Positions 9,856 to 20,121 of a stretch of DNA of 64,000 nucleotides are shown piece after piece. Location: assembly GCA_943788985.1 (NCBI GenBank), contig CALSSJ010000031.1:1-64000 (forward strand), read 5' to 3'. The stretch's first letter is position 1; every line of letters begins with the position of its first letter. A program made the translations under genes and the position numbers. The DNA is from an uncultured Lentisphaerales bacterium (GTDB lineage: Bacteria > Verrucomicrobiota > Lentisphaeria > JABSQK01 > UBA12247). The notes under the pieces are model-generated. The model saw nothing but the letters and a program-made list of their open reading frames with translations, did no database searches and was not told the origin of the DNA.

Positions 9856-12522
9856 TCAAGCAATCCGCGGATTGAGCTTGTCCGCATCAATCTTCAGTGC
9901 CTCGCGAGCAGCCAAGAGAGACTCCGTGTCTCCCACACCTTGCTGTTTGAGCAGGTAGAGCGCGCTGTAGCTGATAAACCGCTCGTCGACTTCGAAATGG
10001 TCGCGAAGCGCTTCGCGAGTATCGCTTCGGCCCCAGCCGTCCGTCCCTAAGGCAACGTACGGGAGCGTGAGCCACGGGCCAACGCCGTCAGGCAGCACCT
10101 TCATATAGTCTGAAGTCGCCACGATCACGCCCTCCTCGCCATCCAGTGCCTTGACAATGTACGGGACGCGCGCCTCCTCACCGGGATGCAGCCGATTCCA
10201 ACGCTCACAATCCTGCGCATCGCGCCGAAGCTCCGTGTAGCTGGTTACGCTCCAGACATCCACTGCAACCTTGTGCTCGGCCTCCAGTAAATCTGCGGCG
10301 ATCAGCACGTGGGTCATCAAGGCACCACTACCAAAAAGGTGCACCTTGTTCTTGCGCTTCTTAGTGGATTTCCGGTACTTGTAGATGCCGTTTAGGATGC
10401 CAGCATCGACGCCCTCCGGCTTCGCAGGCTGCACATCAGTCTGGTTGCCGACGGTCAGGTAGTACAGGCACGGCTCGCCGTCGTAGTACATGCGCCTAAT
10501 GCCATCGCGAATCAACACGCCAAGCTCGTAGGCAAAGCTGGGGTCGTAGGCCACAACGTTGGGGATGGTGCTGGCCAGCACATGACTATGCCCATCTTCG
10601 TGCTGCAAACCTTCGCCGTTGAGCGTAGTCCTGCCAGCAGTACCGCCGATCATAAACCCGCGAATTCGCGCGTCACCGGCCAACCAGACCAAATCTCCAA
10701 TCCGCTGGAAGCCGAACATCGAGTAGTAGATGAAGAAGGGAATCGTATTTATCCCGTATGTGGAATACGCACTTCCGGCGGCAATAAATGTAGACATTGA
10801 CCCTGCTTCGGTGATGCCTTCTTCAAATAGCTGACCATCCGTCGCTTCCTTATAGAAGACCAGCTGGTCAGAATCCACTGGCTCGTACTGCTGCTCGATG
10901 TGCGAATAGATACCGCATTGACGGAACAGACCTTCCATCCCGAAGGTACGCGCTTCATCGGGCACAATCGGCACGATCAGCTTGCCCACTTCCTTGTCAC
11001 GGAGCAACCGCGAGAGAATGCGCACGAAGGCCATGGTCGTGGAAATCGCCCGACCATTTGAGCCACCGTCAAACTCGTCAAACGACTTCACGGACGGCAC
11101 AGGCAACTGTGGTGCGAGCACCGAGCGACTTGGTACGTACCCGCCCAGCGCTTGTCGGCGCTCGTGCAAATAGCGCATCTCGGGGCTGTCTTCCGGCGGA
11201 CGGTAGAACGGTGCCTCGGCGACGTCCTTATCCGGGATCGGTATCTGAAAACGGCGACGAAACTCGTGCAGCTCTTCTTCGTTCAGTTTCTTTTGGTTGT
11301 GCGAGATATTCTTGCCCTCGCCTGCCTCACCAAGGCCATAGCCCTTGATGGTCTTGGCCAACACCACAGTCGGACGACCGTCTTCGACAATCGCAGCCTG
11401 ATAGGCAGCGAAGACTTTCGCCGGATCATGCCCGCCACGGCGCAGCGTCTGCAACTCATGGTCGGATAGATGTTCCACCATCTTCAACAGTTCTGGATGC
11501 TTGCCAAAGAAATGCTGGCGAATGTACTCCCCAGACTCGACAGAATACTTCTGGTAGGCACCATCGACAACCTCGCCCAAGCGATTCACCAGCAAATTGT
11601 GGTCATCGCGAGCCAGTAGCGGATCCCAGTCCGACCCATGGATCACCTTCACCACATTCCAGCCAGCACCGCGGAACGCTGCCTCCAATTCCTGGATGAT
11701 CTTGCCGTTGCCGCGGACCGGCCCGTCCAGACGCTGGAGATTGCAGTTGATTACAAAAACTAGATTGTCCAGCTTCTCCCGGGACGCCAGCGTAATCGCG
11801 CCAAGTGTCTCCGGCTCATCCGTCTCACCGTCTCCGAGGAACGCCCAGGTCCTACCGCCATTGCGCGGCTTCAAGCCACGGTCTTCCAAATAGCGCATGT
11901 AGCGAGCGTGGTAGATCGCGGTGATCGGCCCCAAGCCCATGGAAACTGTGGGAAACTGCCAGAAATCGGGCATCAACCATGGATGCGGATAGGAGCTCAA
12001 CCCACCGCCGGGCGCGAGTTCACGCCGAAAGTTCTCAAGACGCCGTTCATCCAGGCGCCCTTCTACGAAAGCACGCGCATAGATTCCCGGAGACGCATGC
12101 CCCTGGAAATAGATCTGATCCCCAGCGTAGTCGTCTGTCCGGGCACGAAAAAAATGATTAAAGCCCACTTCGTACAACGTGGCCGCTGACGCGAAAGTGG
12201 AAATATGTCCGCCAATACCAGGCGCCTTCGAGTTGGCTCGCACGACCATGGCCATGGCGTTCCAGCGCACGATGCTCTTGATCCGACGCTCGATATCGCG
12301 ATCTCCGGGAAACTCCGGTTGCTCATGAACGGGGATTGTGTTGACGTACGGTGTGTTCGCTGAAAACGGCGTTTGAACGCCGTGCTTCTTGGCGTGGAAC
12401 TGTAACTGCCGAAGCAGATGAATGGCACGTTCCGGCCCTTGGTTTGCGATAACCCAATCAAGCGAGTCAATCCACTCGCGATCTTCGTACTCCTGTTCAG
12501 ACATGCGGTGATGTATCGACAT
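9856..12522 (-). CDS. aceE: Pyruvate dehydrogenase E1, homodimeric type
   Basis: 888 aa; GGHISTFAS, FQGHASPG, FPTVSMGLG, TPP motif GDGE...NCNLQRLDGPV, GRTTLNGEGLQH. Confidence 0.97.
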   Translation of the reverse strand: MSIHHRMSEQEYEDREWIDSLDWVIANQGPERAIHLLRQLQFHAKKHGVQTPFSANTPYVNTIPVHEQPEFPGDRDIERRIKSIVRWNAMAMVVRANSKAPGIGGHISTFASAATLYEVGFNHFFRARTDDYAGDQIYFQGHASPGIYARAFVEGRLDERRLENFRRELAPGGGLSSYPHPWLMPDFWQFPTVSMGLGPITAIYHARYMRYLEDRGLKPRNGGRTWAFLGDGETDEPETLGAITLASREKLDNLVFVINCNLQRLDGPVRGNGKIIQELEAAFRGAGWNVVKVIHGSDWDPLLARDDHNLLVNRLGEVVDGAYQKYSVESGEYIRQHFFGKHPELLKMVEHLSDHELQTLRRGGHDPAKVFAAYQAAIVEDGRPTVVLAKTIKGYGLGEAGEGKNISHNQKKLNEEELHEFRRRFQIPIPDKDVAEAPFYRPPEDSPEMRYLHERRQALGGYVPSRSVLAPQLPVPSVKSFDEFDGGSNGRAISTTMAFVRILSRLLRDKEVGKLIVPIVPDEARTFGMEGLFRQCGIYSHIEQQYEPVDSDQLVFYKEATDGQLFEEGITEAGSMSTFIAAGSAYSTYGINTIPFFIYYSMFGFQRIGDLVWLAGDARIRGFMIGGTAGRTTLNGEGLQHEDGHSHVLASTIPNVVAYDPSFAYELGVLIRDGIRRMYYDGEPCLYYLTVGNQTDVQPAKPEGVDAGILNGIYKYRKSTKKRKNKVHLFGSGALMTHVLIAADLLEAEHKVAVDVWSVTSYTELRRDAQDCERWNRLHPGEEARVPYIVKALDGEEGVIVATSDYMKVLPDGVGPWLTLPYVALGTDGWGRSDTREALRDHFEVDERFISYSALYLLKQQGVGDTESLLAAREALKIDADKLNPRIA

Positions 12523-12800
12523 CTTTTCTCCACTCGTTTTGGGCTCCTGCTACCACTCAAACCAGGGTGCGGAAGGAGCGGGACGAACCGCGGACATTAG
12601 CGCAGTTACCCTCATGTTCAATCAGATCCGAGGTCCCCACTTTCCAAGAGTACGCGGGGCCTACCTGAATCTGCAGCGAAATCGCCCAGTTGGCACCATT
12701 GCTTGGCCCGCTTCCTTTTTACAGGTTCCACTCACGTCTTCCACCCGCCAATTCTGGCACTCGATGGTCTACTTCTCGTGACGCCCTCGATCAGGGATGC

Positions 12801-13898
12801 CTATCGATTGCCGAGGTCCTGCACCCATGCCTTCAGCTTCGGTGCGAGCTCCGCAGACTTCTCCTTGTCGGACGCAACCTCCACATACAACTTGTAGAGC
12901 GCAAAAAACGCCTGCCGGAAAATGTCCAATTGCATGACTCTCTCCATGAACCGGCTGTCGCTATCCAGCGCCTCACCCGTATCTGGGAGCTTCATCCCCT
13001 TGAACGCGAAGGTGTCCGCATCCAACGTGCAGGTCCAGACATCCTGATCCCGGGCAATGATCACTGATGCCAGCCGCAGGCGCTTGCCCACAGACATCGC
13101 GGCCTTTGCCTCAGCGCTGCGCGTTGGCGTTCCCTTGCGGGCGACCGATTCCAGTGCACCTGGGCCCTCCGCAGCGAAGGTAAGCGGACCGTCAATCATC
13201 ACGCCAAATTCACCGAGATCGCCCACTTCAAAAGTGCCCTTCTGCGTATCTTGGTAATACCAGATCCAAGTGAGAAAGTCGCGGCCGAAATAGCCGTCAG
13301 GATCGAGCTGCACTTCCGGCGAAAACGTCATCGGCAGAAAGGTATCAGGATTTACGCCGAACTCGATTTCAGAGGCAAACTCTGGCGTCAACGGCACTGG
13401 CTCAATCTTCTGGGCTTCGTAGAAGTGCTCGAGAAAGGTGTCGACCTGCTTCACGCTTGTCGCCCCCAGATACATGAGCCCGCGGTTCTGATCGACCACA
13501 AACGGAATCCCGGAAACGGTCGGTGGCATATCAGGCAGCAGAAAGTCCGTTACCTCGTCCTTGATCTCCTGCCGGACCTTTCGCGGCACGAAGTCGGCAT
13601 CTTTATCGGCCATATATGCCAACTCTCGAATTCGGCACTCGGCCTTGAATAGGGACGAAGGGATGCGGCGCACGGCGGATTGCAGGCAAAGGTGCAGATG
13701 CCCGCCGGCCTTGGCCGTGTGTTCTTCGATATTGGTGTCGAGCAAATGCCGTCCCGTAACCCAGCCGAATCTCGGCTCATCGGTCACCGTCTCCAGAGAA
13801 CGTGCTGCGTGTGCGGCAAAGCCGTCTACCACCTCATCAGGCAAATCTCGCGCAAGCTTGCAGATCGTAAACGATATTGTTCCAGCATCGAACGGCAT
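12801..13898 (-). CDS. RdgC-like recombination-associated protein
   Basis: FGWVTG..LLD, RRIPSSLFKA, FGRDFLTWIWY and SAEAKAAMSVGKRL..A match the pattern of RdgC-like proteins. Confidence 0.6.
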   Translation of the reverse strand: MPFDAGTISFTICKLARDLPDEVVDGFAAHAARSLETVTDEPRFGWVTGRHLLDTNIEEHTAKAGGHLHLCLQSAVRRIPSSLFKAECRIRELAYMADKDADFVPRKVRQEIKDEVTDFLLPDMPPTVSGIPFVVDQNRGLMYLGATSVKQVDTFLEHFYEAQKIEPVPLTPEFASEIEFGVNPDTFLPMTFSPEVQLDPDGYFGRDFLTWIWYYQDTQKGTFEVGDLGEFGVMIDGPLTFAAEGPGALESVARKGTPTRSAEAKAAMSVGKRLRLASVIIARDQDVWTCTLDADTFAFKGMKLPDTGEALDSDSRFMERVMQLDIFRQAFFALYKLYVEVASDKEKSAELAPKLKAWVQDLGNR

Positions 13899-14009
13899 GG
13901 ATAAAACTCCTCAGAATCCTGCGAAAAAACAACTACCATTCATCGAAGCCGCGCCACTTGCGATTCACAACGCGAAATTTGGCAAGCAGCGGTCGAGCAG
14001 CAGCCGAGC

Positions 14010-15068
14010 TCAAGCGCCATGGCGCTCCTTCAGGATAGACTCGCTCACCTCAATCAAGCGATCGATCTCCGCATCTGTGCCAATCGAGATTCGCACGAAT
14101 GCGCCTGTGATAAAGCCCGGGAAGTGCCTGACTATGATCGCGGCATCGCGCAAGCCCGCACAGTACTCGAGGGCCTCAAACGGCGGTTTGACGAATAAGA
14201 AGTTCGCGTCTGACTTCAACACCGCGAAGCCAAGCTCCCGCAATGACTGCGTGAGCCGCTCCCGGGTTTCTCGCACACGTCCGACATTCTCCGCCAACGT
14301 TTTCTGGTCCCGCAACGCGGCCACTGCCAGCGCCTGGGTGATTGCATTGACATTGTAGGAGTCCTTCACCTTCGCGAGTTGGCGTATGACACTTGCCGCC
14401 GCATAGGCATACCCAAGTCGAATCCCAGCCAGCGAGTACGCTTTGGACAGCGTCCGCGTGACCACGCAGTTCAAATGCGTGCGGACCAAGCCGGTTGCGT
14501 TCACATCTGCGAAGTCCGCATACGCCTCATCTACAACGACCAGACCATCAAACTCTCGGCACCACTCTGCAATCCGCTCATGATCCAGCGACGCGCCGAT
14601 GGGCGCATTCGGGCTGGTTAGCACCACTAACGAGGCCCGACCAACCAAGTCCGGCCGGAACTTTGGCAACGAGAAATCTTCCTCCACTGGAATCCGTTGC
14701 AGGCACGAACCCTGAATCTGCGCCAGCACCGGATACAACGAATAACTCGGTTCCAGACAGGCGACCACGTCGCCCTGATCCACACACGCCCGGATTAGAA
14801 TCGTAAGAATATCGTCACTGCCATTTCCAACCAGGATCTCATCCGGCTCTCCGCCCACCACTTCGGCGGCCGCCTCGCGCACCAGGCGCGCAGAAGGATC
14901 TGGATAACGGTTGAGGAACCATTTGTTTTTTTGTAATATTGCTAGAACGTCTGGGCTCGGGGGATACGGATTTTCATTCGTATTCAGCTTGACGATGTTG
15001 GCCACCGCTGGCTGCTCCCCAGGTACGTAGCCAGCCATTTCTTCAACCGTACTGCGAAAATAACTCAT
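14010..15068 (-). CDS. hisC: Histidinol-phosphate aminotransferase
   Basis: YVPGEQP, KLNTNENPYPPS, YPDP, GNGSDD, VDEAY, RTLSKAYSLAGIRLGY. The true start is MSYFR at 15068. Confidence 0.95.
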   Translation of the reverse strand: MSYFRSTVEEMAGYVPGEQPAVANIVKLNTNENPYPPSPDVLAILQKNKWFLNRYPDPSARLVREAAAEVVGGEPDEILVGNGSDDILTILIRACVDQGDVVACLEPSYSLYPVLAQIQGSCLQRIPVEEDFSLPKFRPDLVGRASLVVLTSPNAPIGASLDHERIAEWCREFDGLVVVDEAYADFADVNATGLVRTHLNCVVTRTLSKAYSLAGIRLGYAYAAASVIRQLAKVKDSYNVNAITQALAVAALRDQKTLAENVGRVRETRERLTQSLRELGFAVLKSDANFLFVKPPFEALEYCAGLRDAAIIVRHFPGFITGAFVRISIGTDAEIDRLIEVSESILKERHGA

Positions 15069-16346
15069 TTGGACTCTCCTGAAGCAAAGAACACAGCGCC
15101 TCCCGCCGACCGGCGAAGGATCGCACATGGCCGAACGGTGGTACTGCAGATGTTGCACCTGACCGCCCTTGTTCTGCTCCTGGGCAGCTTTTTGGTGTAT
15201 GCTGCGACCCGGAAACTCGAGCCAGTCATTAGCTGGATTGAAGATACTCCCATCGAAACCGTCTGTAAACGCGTAGGGAGCGTTATCGGCCAAATTGGCA
15301 CGGGCTCCGCCACCGACCGGAACAAAAGCCTCATGACCCCGAAAGAAGTCGCAGAAGCAGACAAAATCCGCAAGCGTATGGCCGAGATTCAACCCACCCA
15401 TTTGGTTCAACTCCATGATGGCACCGTAATCTTTGGTGCCGCGGCAAGGCAAGCCAACACCCTGATCATCCGCGAGTTCGACGGCACACGGCAACGAAAA
15501 CTGGTGCTCCCACAAGACGCCGTCCGCCATCAGCAACGCATCGTGCTACCAGACGAGCGCATTACCGCAGCCGACTGGCGTTTTCTTATTCAGTTCGACT
15601 ATCAAAACCCCTACTTCATGGCCCCGTACGTCTTTGCCTCCTCCGGCTCCTTCGCCGAAGCACATCTGATGCACACGATCCTCAGCCAGCTGGCAGCCGA
15701 CTTTGAACGGCTATTTGCCCCTATTCTGCCAGAGAATGCCCCGCGCAATCACATCCATATCTGCCAGTTTCGGCACCCCAAAGCCTTCTACGAGCAAGCC
15801 TTCCGCCAGCAGGCAGAATCCGTCATGAACGCCGCCGCCTTCTACTCGCTCTCTCACAACACGCTCTTCATCCACCAGCAGGCTGCAAACGCGGCCGAAC
15901 GCCGAGAGTTGATCCGGCAACTACGCCATGAAGGCACGCACCAGCTGATCGCTGACCGGCGCCTACTTTCGTCCAATCAGCCGCCGCTCTGGCTGATGGA
16001 AGGGCTCGCAGAGCACATGGCCGCGGTCGGTAATCCGGCAACGGCACACGCCTACGCCCAAAATTTCAGCAAGCTCGCCACTGTCGGCCTTCTCAAATGG
16101 GACCAGCTATGCGAGTCGGATAGTTACTTTGAGAATCCGCAATCGGTTCAGCAAGCGTACCTACATTCCTGGGTCTTGGTGCGCCACCTGCTCTATCCCA
16201 CCCACAAAGCCAGATTCCTAGCCTTTCTCCAATCGTCATCCGCAGATCACCGCTCGCTTACCGCACTGGCCAACGCCCTCGAGCAACCTGCAAGCAAGCT
16301 GATCGCGGACGCCCTGGCAGCAACCCTCTCCCCAAAGGCCCCGTAA
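15069..16346 (+). CDS. Membrane-anchored DUF1570/peptidase MA-like protein
   Basis: N-terminal TM helix; HEGTHQL (HExxH) followed by PLWLMEGLAE, a gluzincin-like pattern. Start codon uncertain. Confidence 0.65.
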   Translation: MDSPEAKNTAPPADRRRIAHGRTVVLQMLHLTALVLLLGSFLVYAATRKLEPVISWIEDTPIETVCKRVGSVIGQIGTGSATDRNKSLMTPKEVAEADKIRKRMAEIQPTHLVQLHDGTVIFGAAARQANTLIIREFDGTRQRKLVLPQDAVRHQQRIVLPDERITAADWRFLIQFDYQNPYFMAPYVFASSGSFAEAHLMHTILSQLAADFERLFAPILPENAPRNHIHICQFRHPKAFYEQAFRQQAESVMNAAAFYSLSHNTLFIHQQAANAAERRELIRQLRHEGTHQLIADRRLLSSNQPPLWLMEGLAEHMAAVGNPATAHAYAQNFSKLATVGLLKWDQLCESDSYFENPQSVQQAYLHSWVLVRHLLYPTHKARFLAFLQSSSADHRSLTALANALEQPASKLIADALAATLSPKAP

Positions 16347-16348
16347 GC

Positions 16349-17164
16349 ATGTCATTCCGGTCCATTCTGCTCGGCATCTCCGTGACCATCATTGTTGGTA
16401 GCTTTGTCATTCGTCACGCGCGGCCCAAGCCATCTCCGCCAAACCCTCAGCCCACGGCCAAACGGCTTTTGGCCCTATCACCTGGCATCGACCAGATTCT
16501 GCGCCAGCTTGACTGCCGCAATCACATCCAGGCGACAGCCCCCCTCACGCAAGAGCAGCTCGCTGCGCTTGACGTCGATTGCGTAATCGCGACCGACGAT
16601 CTTCATCGTGCCATGGCTCTTCGCCTCGAGATCCGCCACCTCCGGGTTGAGCACGAAACTGTGGATGGCGTGCTGATCTCGCTCAGTCAGCTAGCACTCC
16701 TCTGCGATCAGCAATCAGACCTTCCTACTCACATCAAGCGCGAACTGGACGCGTGCCTATCCGCTACCGCGCTCCTCCCCACCCGCCGGGCGATGGTAGT
16801 GCTAGGGCACAGCAGCTCGCACATCACAGTGGCCCCCCCCTCCAGCTATCTTGGCGACCTGCTCGAGCGCTGCAACACAACCAACGCCTGCCCTCCCGAA
16901 TATCCGACCGGCTTGATCCCGATCAAGCATTTCCCAGCTGAAAGCACTGAAGTTCTCATCTTCACCAGCCAGGCCAGCCCCGACATACAGTTCCCTGGCT
17001 CGAGCTGGCTGCTGGCCGACGCTGGCTGCCTGTACGTCCCCGGTGTCCAGATCGTGCAGCTCGCGCAAGCCTTACGAGCCGCTGTTTACCCAAAAAGTTT
17101 CACATCCCCGAACGTCTCACTCACTGACATTCAACCCACTGCTGCGGCGCAGAAGAATCCATAG
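16349..17164 (+). CDS. BtuF-like ABC transporter substrate-binding protein (helical backbone), divergent
   Basis: RLLALSPGIDQIL, SYLGDLLE..., PGVQIV..AQAL...YP, plus an N-terminal signal/TM segment. Confidence 0.55.
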   Translation: MSFRSILLGISVTIIVGSFVIRHARPKPSPPNPQPTAKRLLALSPGIDQILRQLDCRNHIQATAPLTQEQLAALDVDCVIATDDLHRAMALRLEIRHLRVEHETVDGVLISLSQLALLCDQQSDLPTHIKRELDACLSATALLPTRRAMVVLGHSSSHITVAPPSSYLGDLLERCNTTNACPPEYPTGLIPIKHFPAESTEVLIFTSQASPDIQFPGSSWLLADAGCLYVPGVQIVQLAQALRAAVYPKSFTSPNVSLTDIQPTAAAQKNP

Positions 17165-17250
17165 ATCGAGGGTTCTCAGATTGACAAATGGCATTTTTGG
17201 AGCAGTGTACGCGGCTCCCTATCAGTCACAAAAAGCTCCATTTTGGCACT

Positions 17251-17526
17251 ATGCCCTCTGCTCGCCGCACATATACCATACGCAACTCACTTGGACTGCA
17301 TGCCAGACCTGCCTCAAAGCTGGTCCGAATTGCTATGCAGTTTGAGAGTGATATTTTGTGCATCAGCTCAGGGCAGACTGGGAATGCAAAAAGTGTAATG
17401 GCCTTAATGATGCTTGCGGTAGAATGTGGCGCTAGCATCACGATCGAAGCCGATGGGGCAGATGCCCAAGATGCAGTCGCCGCAATGGGTACTCTCATCG
17501 AGAACGCTTTCGACGAATCAGTCTGA
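17251..17526 (+). CDS. ptsH: Phosphocarrier protein HPr
   Basis: GLHARPA (His15) and NAKSVMALMML (Ser46) signatures. Confidence 0.95.
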   Translation: MPSARRTYTIRNSLGLHARPASKLVRIAMQFESDILCISSGQTGNAKSVMALMMLAVECGASITIEADGADAQDAVAAMGTLIENAFDESV

Positions 17527-17601
17527 CCTCACCCCTTGCGGGCCCCGCCTGACAAGCGCGACTGATGTGGCGGCCTTACACACCCAATCGATAGAAAACA
17601 A

Positions 17602-17646
17602 AAAAGCTCGCCTGACGCGGCCAAAAGCCAGACCATGCGAGCTTTT
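17602..17646. terminator. Possible bidirectional intrinsic terminator between convergent ptsH and the small basic protein gene
   Basis: AAAAGCTCGC...GCGAGCTTTT inverted repeat with A/T tails; the loop is long. Confidence 0.45.
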
Positions 17647-17688
17647 ACCTACTCGGCGAACCGAAACACGCTCTGAGAACTGCTTACA

Positions 17689-17892
17689 TCAGCCCTTGGC
17701 GTGCGCCTGCTGCACTTTCTTCGGATGGTGCAACAACTGGCGTGCTTCCTTCCCTGTAAGCAGCGCAACTTGGTCAGCAGGCATGCCTAGGGCAACGAGA
17801 CGTGCACGATGAATCCGCTCGCGATGCTGACGCAAAGACTGCTTTTTACGGGGACGGGTAAGATTCTTATTACGATAGAAACTCGTAGACAT
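17689..17892 (-). CDS. Small basic hypothetical protein (67 aa)
   Basis: AAGGAG RBS before the ATG; Arg/Lys-rich N-half followed by RLVALGMP..QV..L..KEARQLL..PKK. Confidence 0.7.
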   Translation of the reverse strand: MSTSFYRNKNLTRPRKKQSLRQHRERIHRARLVALGMPADQVALLTGKEARQLLHHPKKVQQAHAKG

Positions 17893-17964
17893 CTGCGTGA
17901 CTCCTTGATCGGCAAAAAGATGGAAATTTACGCGTAGCCGTATGTCTTGCAACTGCTCCGGCAG

Positions 17965-20121
17965 TCAGAGCCCCAGCTGTTCTGACACCAATTCCGAGAT
18001 CCAGGCATTCAAACGCTCCGGATACGTATCATGGGCCGCACTTGGCCGCGAGTCCATCCGTGCCAGCAAAGCCGCAGAATAACCATCAATGACCAGCGCG
18101 TTGGCTGCGTATCCTAACTCTTTCTGCATGAGCGCAAGCGCCCGCGCAAACTCTGGATCTTGCCCTTCCCAGCCTGGCAGAGTCGCCAACACCGGCGTGA
18201 CATGATATGCCTGACAGACGGCGATAAAGAACCGCAACTCAGCCGCCAAGGTACGCAAATCGTAGCCGCAAAGATACTCCTTACGCCCAACGGCCCAGAC
18301 CAACGCATCAAACACCTCATCGCCGTTTAGTAGCTCACTCAAATGGACAAACTTCTCCGTTGCCGCTGCGCCCCGAACCGCACCACCGCGAATCAGTCGC
18401 TGCTCCCCCGGCCCTTTCCAGGCCAGAAAGTCACTCACAACCGCAAGGTTGCGGTGCCTCGCAGGCCGCATCCCTCGCTGGATGTCGGCCAGATATGGCG
18501 CAAGCACGGCATAGCCACGTTTTGTTCCCAGACGCGTCCCACGCTGCACCAACTCCAGGGAGTCGCGCGTTGCTGGCACCAAATCAATCACGACTGACTC
18601 TCCCACCACTGCCCCAGCTATCTCCGGCGTAAGTCGAATTGTACGAGAAGTTGCAGGAGGCCAGAGCGTGAGCGCACGTGCAAAAGGAGACTCGGGAATG
18701 TTCTCCCGAGTCGCAAGCACGTCATCAAAATGCACTGCGATCTCACACGCGCTCGACAGCACCTCTGAAACCCTCTCCGCCACTTCCAGACGATACCGCA
18801 CCTCTAGACCCTCATCTGCCAGCAAAATGTGCGGGATATCCTCCACGACGAGGCTCAAGCGAGTGCGCTCGCAAGCAGGAAGCGGCAATGGTAAGCGCCA
18901 GCTTAGTCCGCCGCTGACGCATTCACTCCGGTAGCCAAGATCCAGCTGTGGCGATACACGCATAATCACCGGCACCTGAGGCGTGACCTCCTGCCCACCC
19001 ACGGTCCATTGATCGTCTCCGCATTTTCCGACTGGATGCACCTCTGCAACCTGCAATGATGCTCCCACAGATGCGAACAGGCTACCGGGCTCAAGCCCTA
19101 TGCGTACCCCCACAGCGCCCTTCCCTCGTTCCTGCACAGTCAGACGCAGCGGGACCTCTCCTGCGTAAAGCACTCGATTCAACGAAGCCGAAGGGCGCCC
19201 TCCCCGGGACACACCTACGACAGGAATTGATTCACTCTGATGCCCGAGAACGGCAAGCGTCACGCGGTGCAAGCCTGGGGCCAATGTCACTCGGGCTGAC
19301 TCCGCACCAAGCCATGAGCCAACTGGAGTATGGCCAATAAACAAGTACCACCCACTTGGCTTGGTTCCGTCAGAAACCCGAAACTCGATCAGCTCCCGAC
19401 CTTCTACCGCCAGGATTCCTTCCATGCGATAGTGCACATAGGTCTTCACACGTCTGGCCGCGATATACCGCCGGAAATCGTTCTCGCGTCCGTGATGCAA
19501 ATCCGGCCACGCGTCGTAGATCCTAGGGGCGGCTTCGTTTGCCGTGTATTCCAGATACGCTGCCCCATCGAGCGGCCGACCAAACGCGGTAATCACGCTA
19601 TGCGAAAACGTCAGTGGAAGCGCCACCTTGGGTGGCTTTGACTCGAGTTCACTCCCTAAATACACAAAAGCTAAAGACCGCGCTTTCGGTACGTCAGCGA
19701 ACTTCCAAAGACTCTTCTGGCTGCCCTTGCCATGCTCCACAACCTCGCGCGCTTCCTTCCAAAACGAACCGCGGAACGGCTCGGCTGGATACACCTCCAC
19801 AGCTAGCAGGCGTTCGCCCGCTCGAACAGGTCGAACTGCGAGTTCCTCGCCCTTACTAAAGGCCTGAGCGGTCGCGTGTTCCTGCCACTCCTCGGGAATT
19901 GGCACAGTGACCGGCCGTGGCCCCAGAGTGATCCCAATGCGGACCTCTGTATTGCCCACCTGCCACTCTCCTCCAACCTCCTCAGCCAAAGTCCAGAGGC
20001 AGAACAGAAAAAGGAAACTACTCGTGCAGCACCTTACGGGTCCCAAACACCTTCCCAGGCTCTGCCTCTCGAACAACAGGTTCTCGGATCTCACGGCTAA
20101 ATTTTTCACGAATAGATTCAT
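17965..20121 (-). CDS. Large exported hypothetical protein, possibly with a degenerate SGNH-like C-terminal domain
   Basis: Long ORF co-oriented with the upstream operon; hydrophobic segment FLFLFCLWTLA; C-terminal LVWAVG...PVLATLP. Start uncertain. Confidence 0.55.
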   Translation of the reverse strand: MNLFVKNLAVRSENLLFERQSLGRCLGPVRCCTSSFLFLFCLWTLAEEVGGEWQVGNTEVRIGITLGPRPVTVPIPEEWQEHATAQAFSKGEELAVRPVRAGERLLAVEVYPAEPFRGSFWKEAREVVEHGKGSQKSLWKFADVPKARSLAFVYLGSELESKPPKVALPLTFSHSVITAFGRPLDGAAYLEYTANEAAPRIYDAWPDLHHGRENDFRRYIAARRVKTYVHYRMEGILAVEGRELIEFRVSDGTKPSGWYLFIGHTPVGSWLGAESARVTLAPGLHRVTLAVLGHQSESIPVVGVSRGGRPSASLNRVLYAGEVPLRLTVQERGKGAVGVRIGLEPGSLFASVGASLQVAEVHPVGKCGDDQWTVGGQEVTPQVPVIMRVSPQLDLGYRSECVSGGLSWRLPLPLPACERTRLSLVVEDIPHILLADEGLEVRYRLEVAERVSEVLSSACEIAVHFDDVLATRENIPESPFARALTLWPPATSRTIRLTPEIAGAVVGESVVIDLVPATRDSLELVQRGTRLGTKRGYAVLAPYLADIQRGMRPARHRNLAVVSDFLAWKGPGEQRLIRGGAVRGAAATEKFVHLSELLNGDEVFDALVWAVGRKEYLCGYDLRTLAAELRFFIAVCQAYHVTPVLATLPGWEGQDPEFARALALMQKELGYAANALVIDGYSAALLARMDSRPSAAHDTYPERLNAWISELVSEQLGL

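Noticed and set aside
15069..15536. N-terminal extension of HisC in the 508-aa ORF
   Set aside because: Overlaps the opposite-strand gene; HisC homology begins at MSYFR (15068).
17689..17892. PVC superphylum signature protein
   Set aside because: Small and basic, but lacks the RNVLKR.ER pattern I associate with that family.
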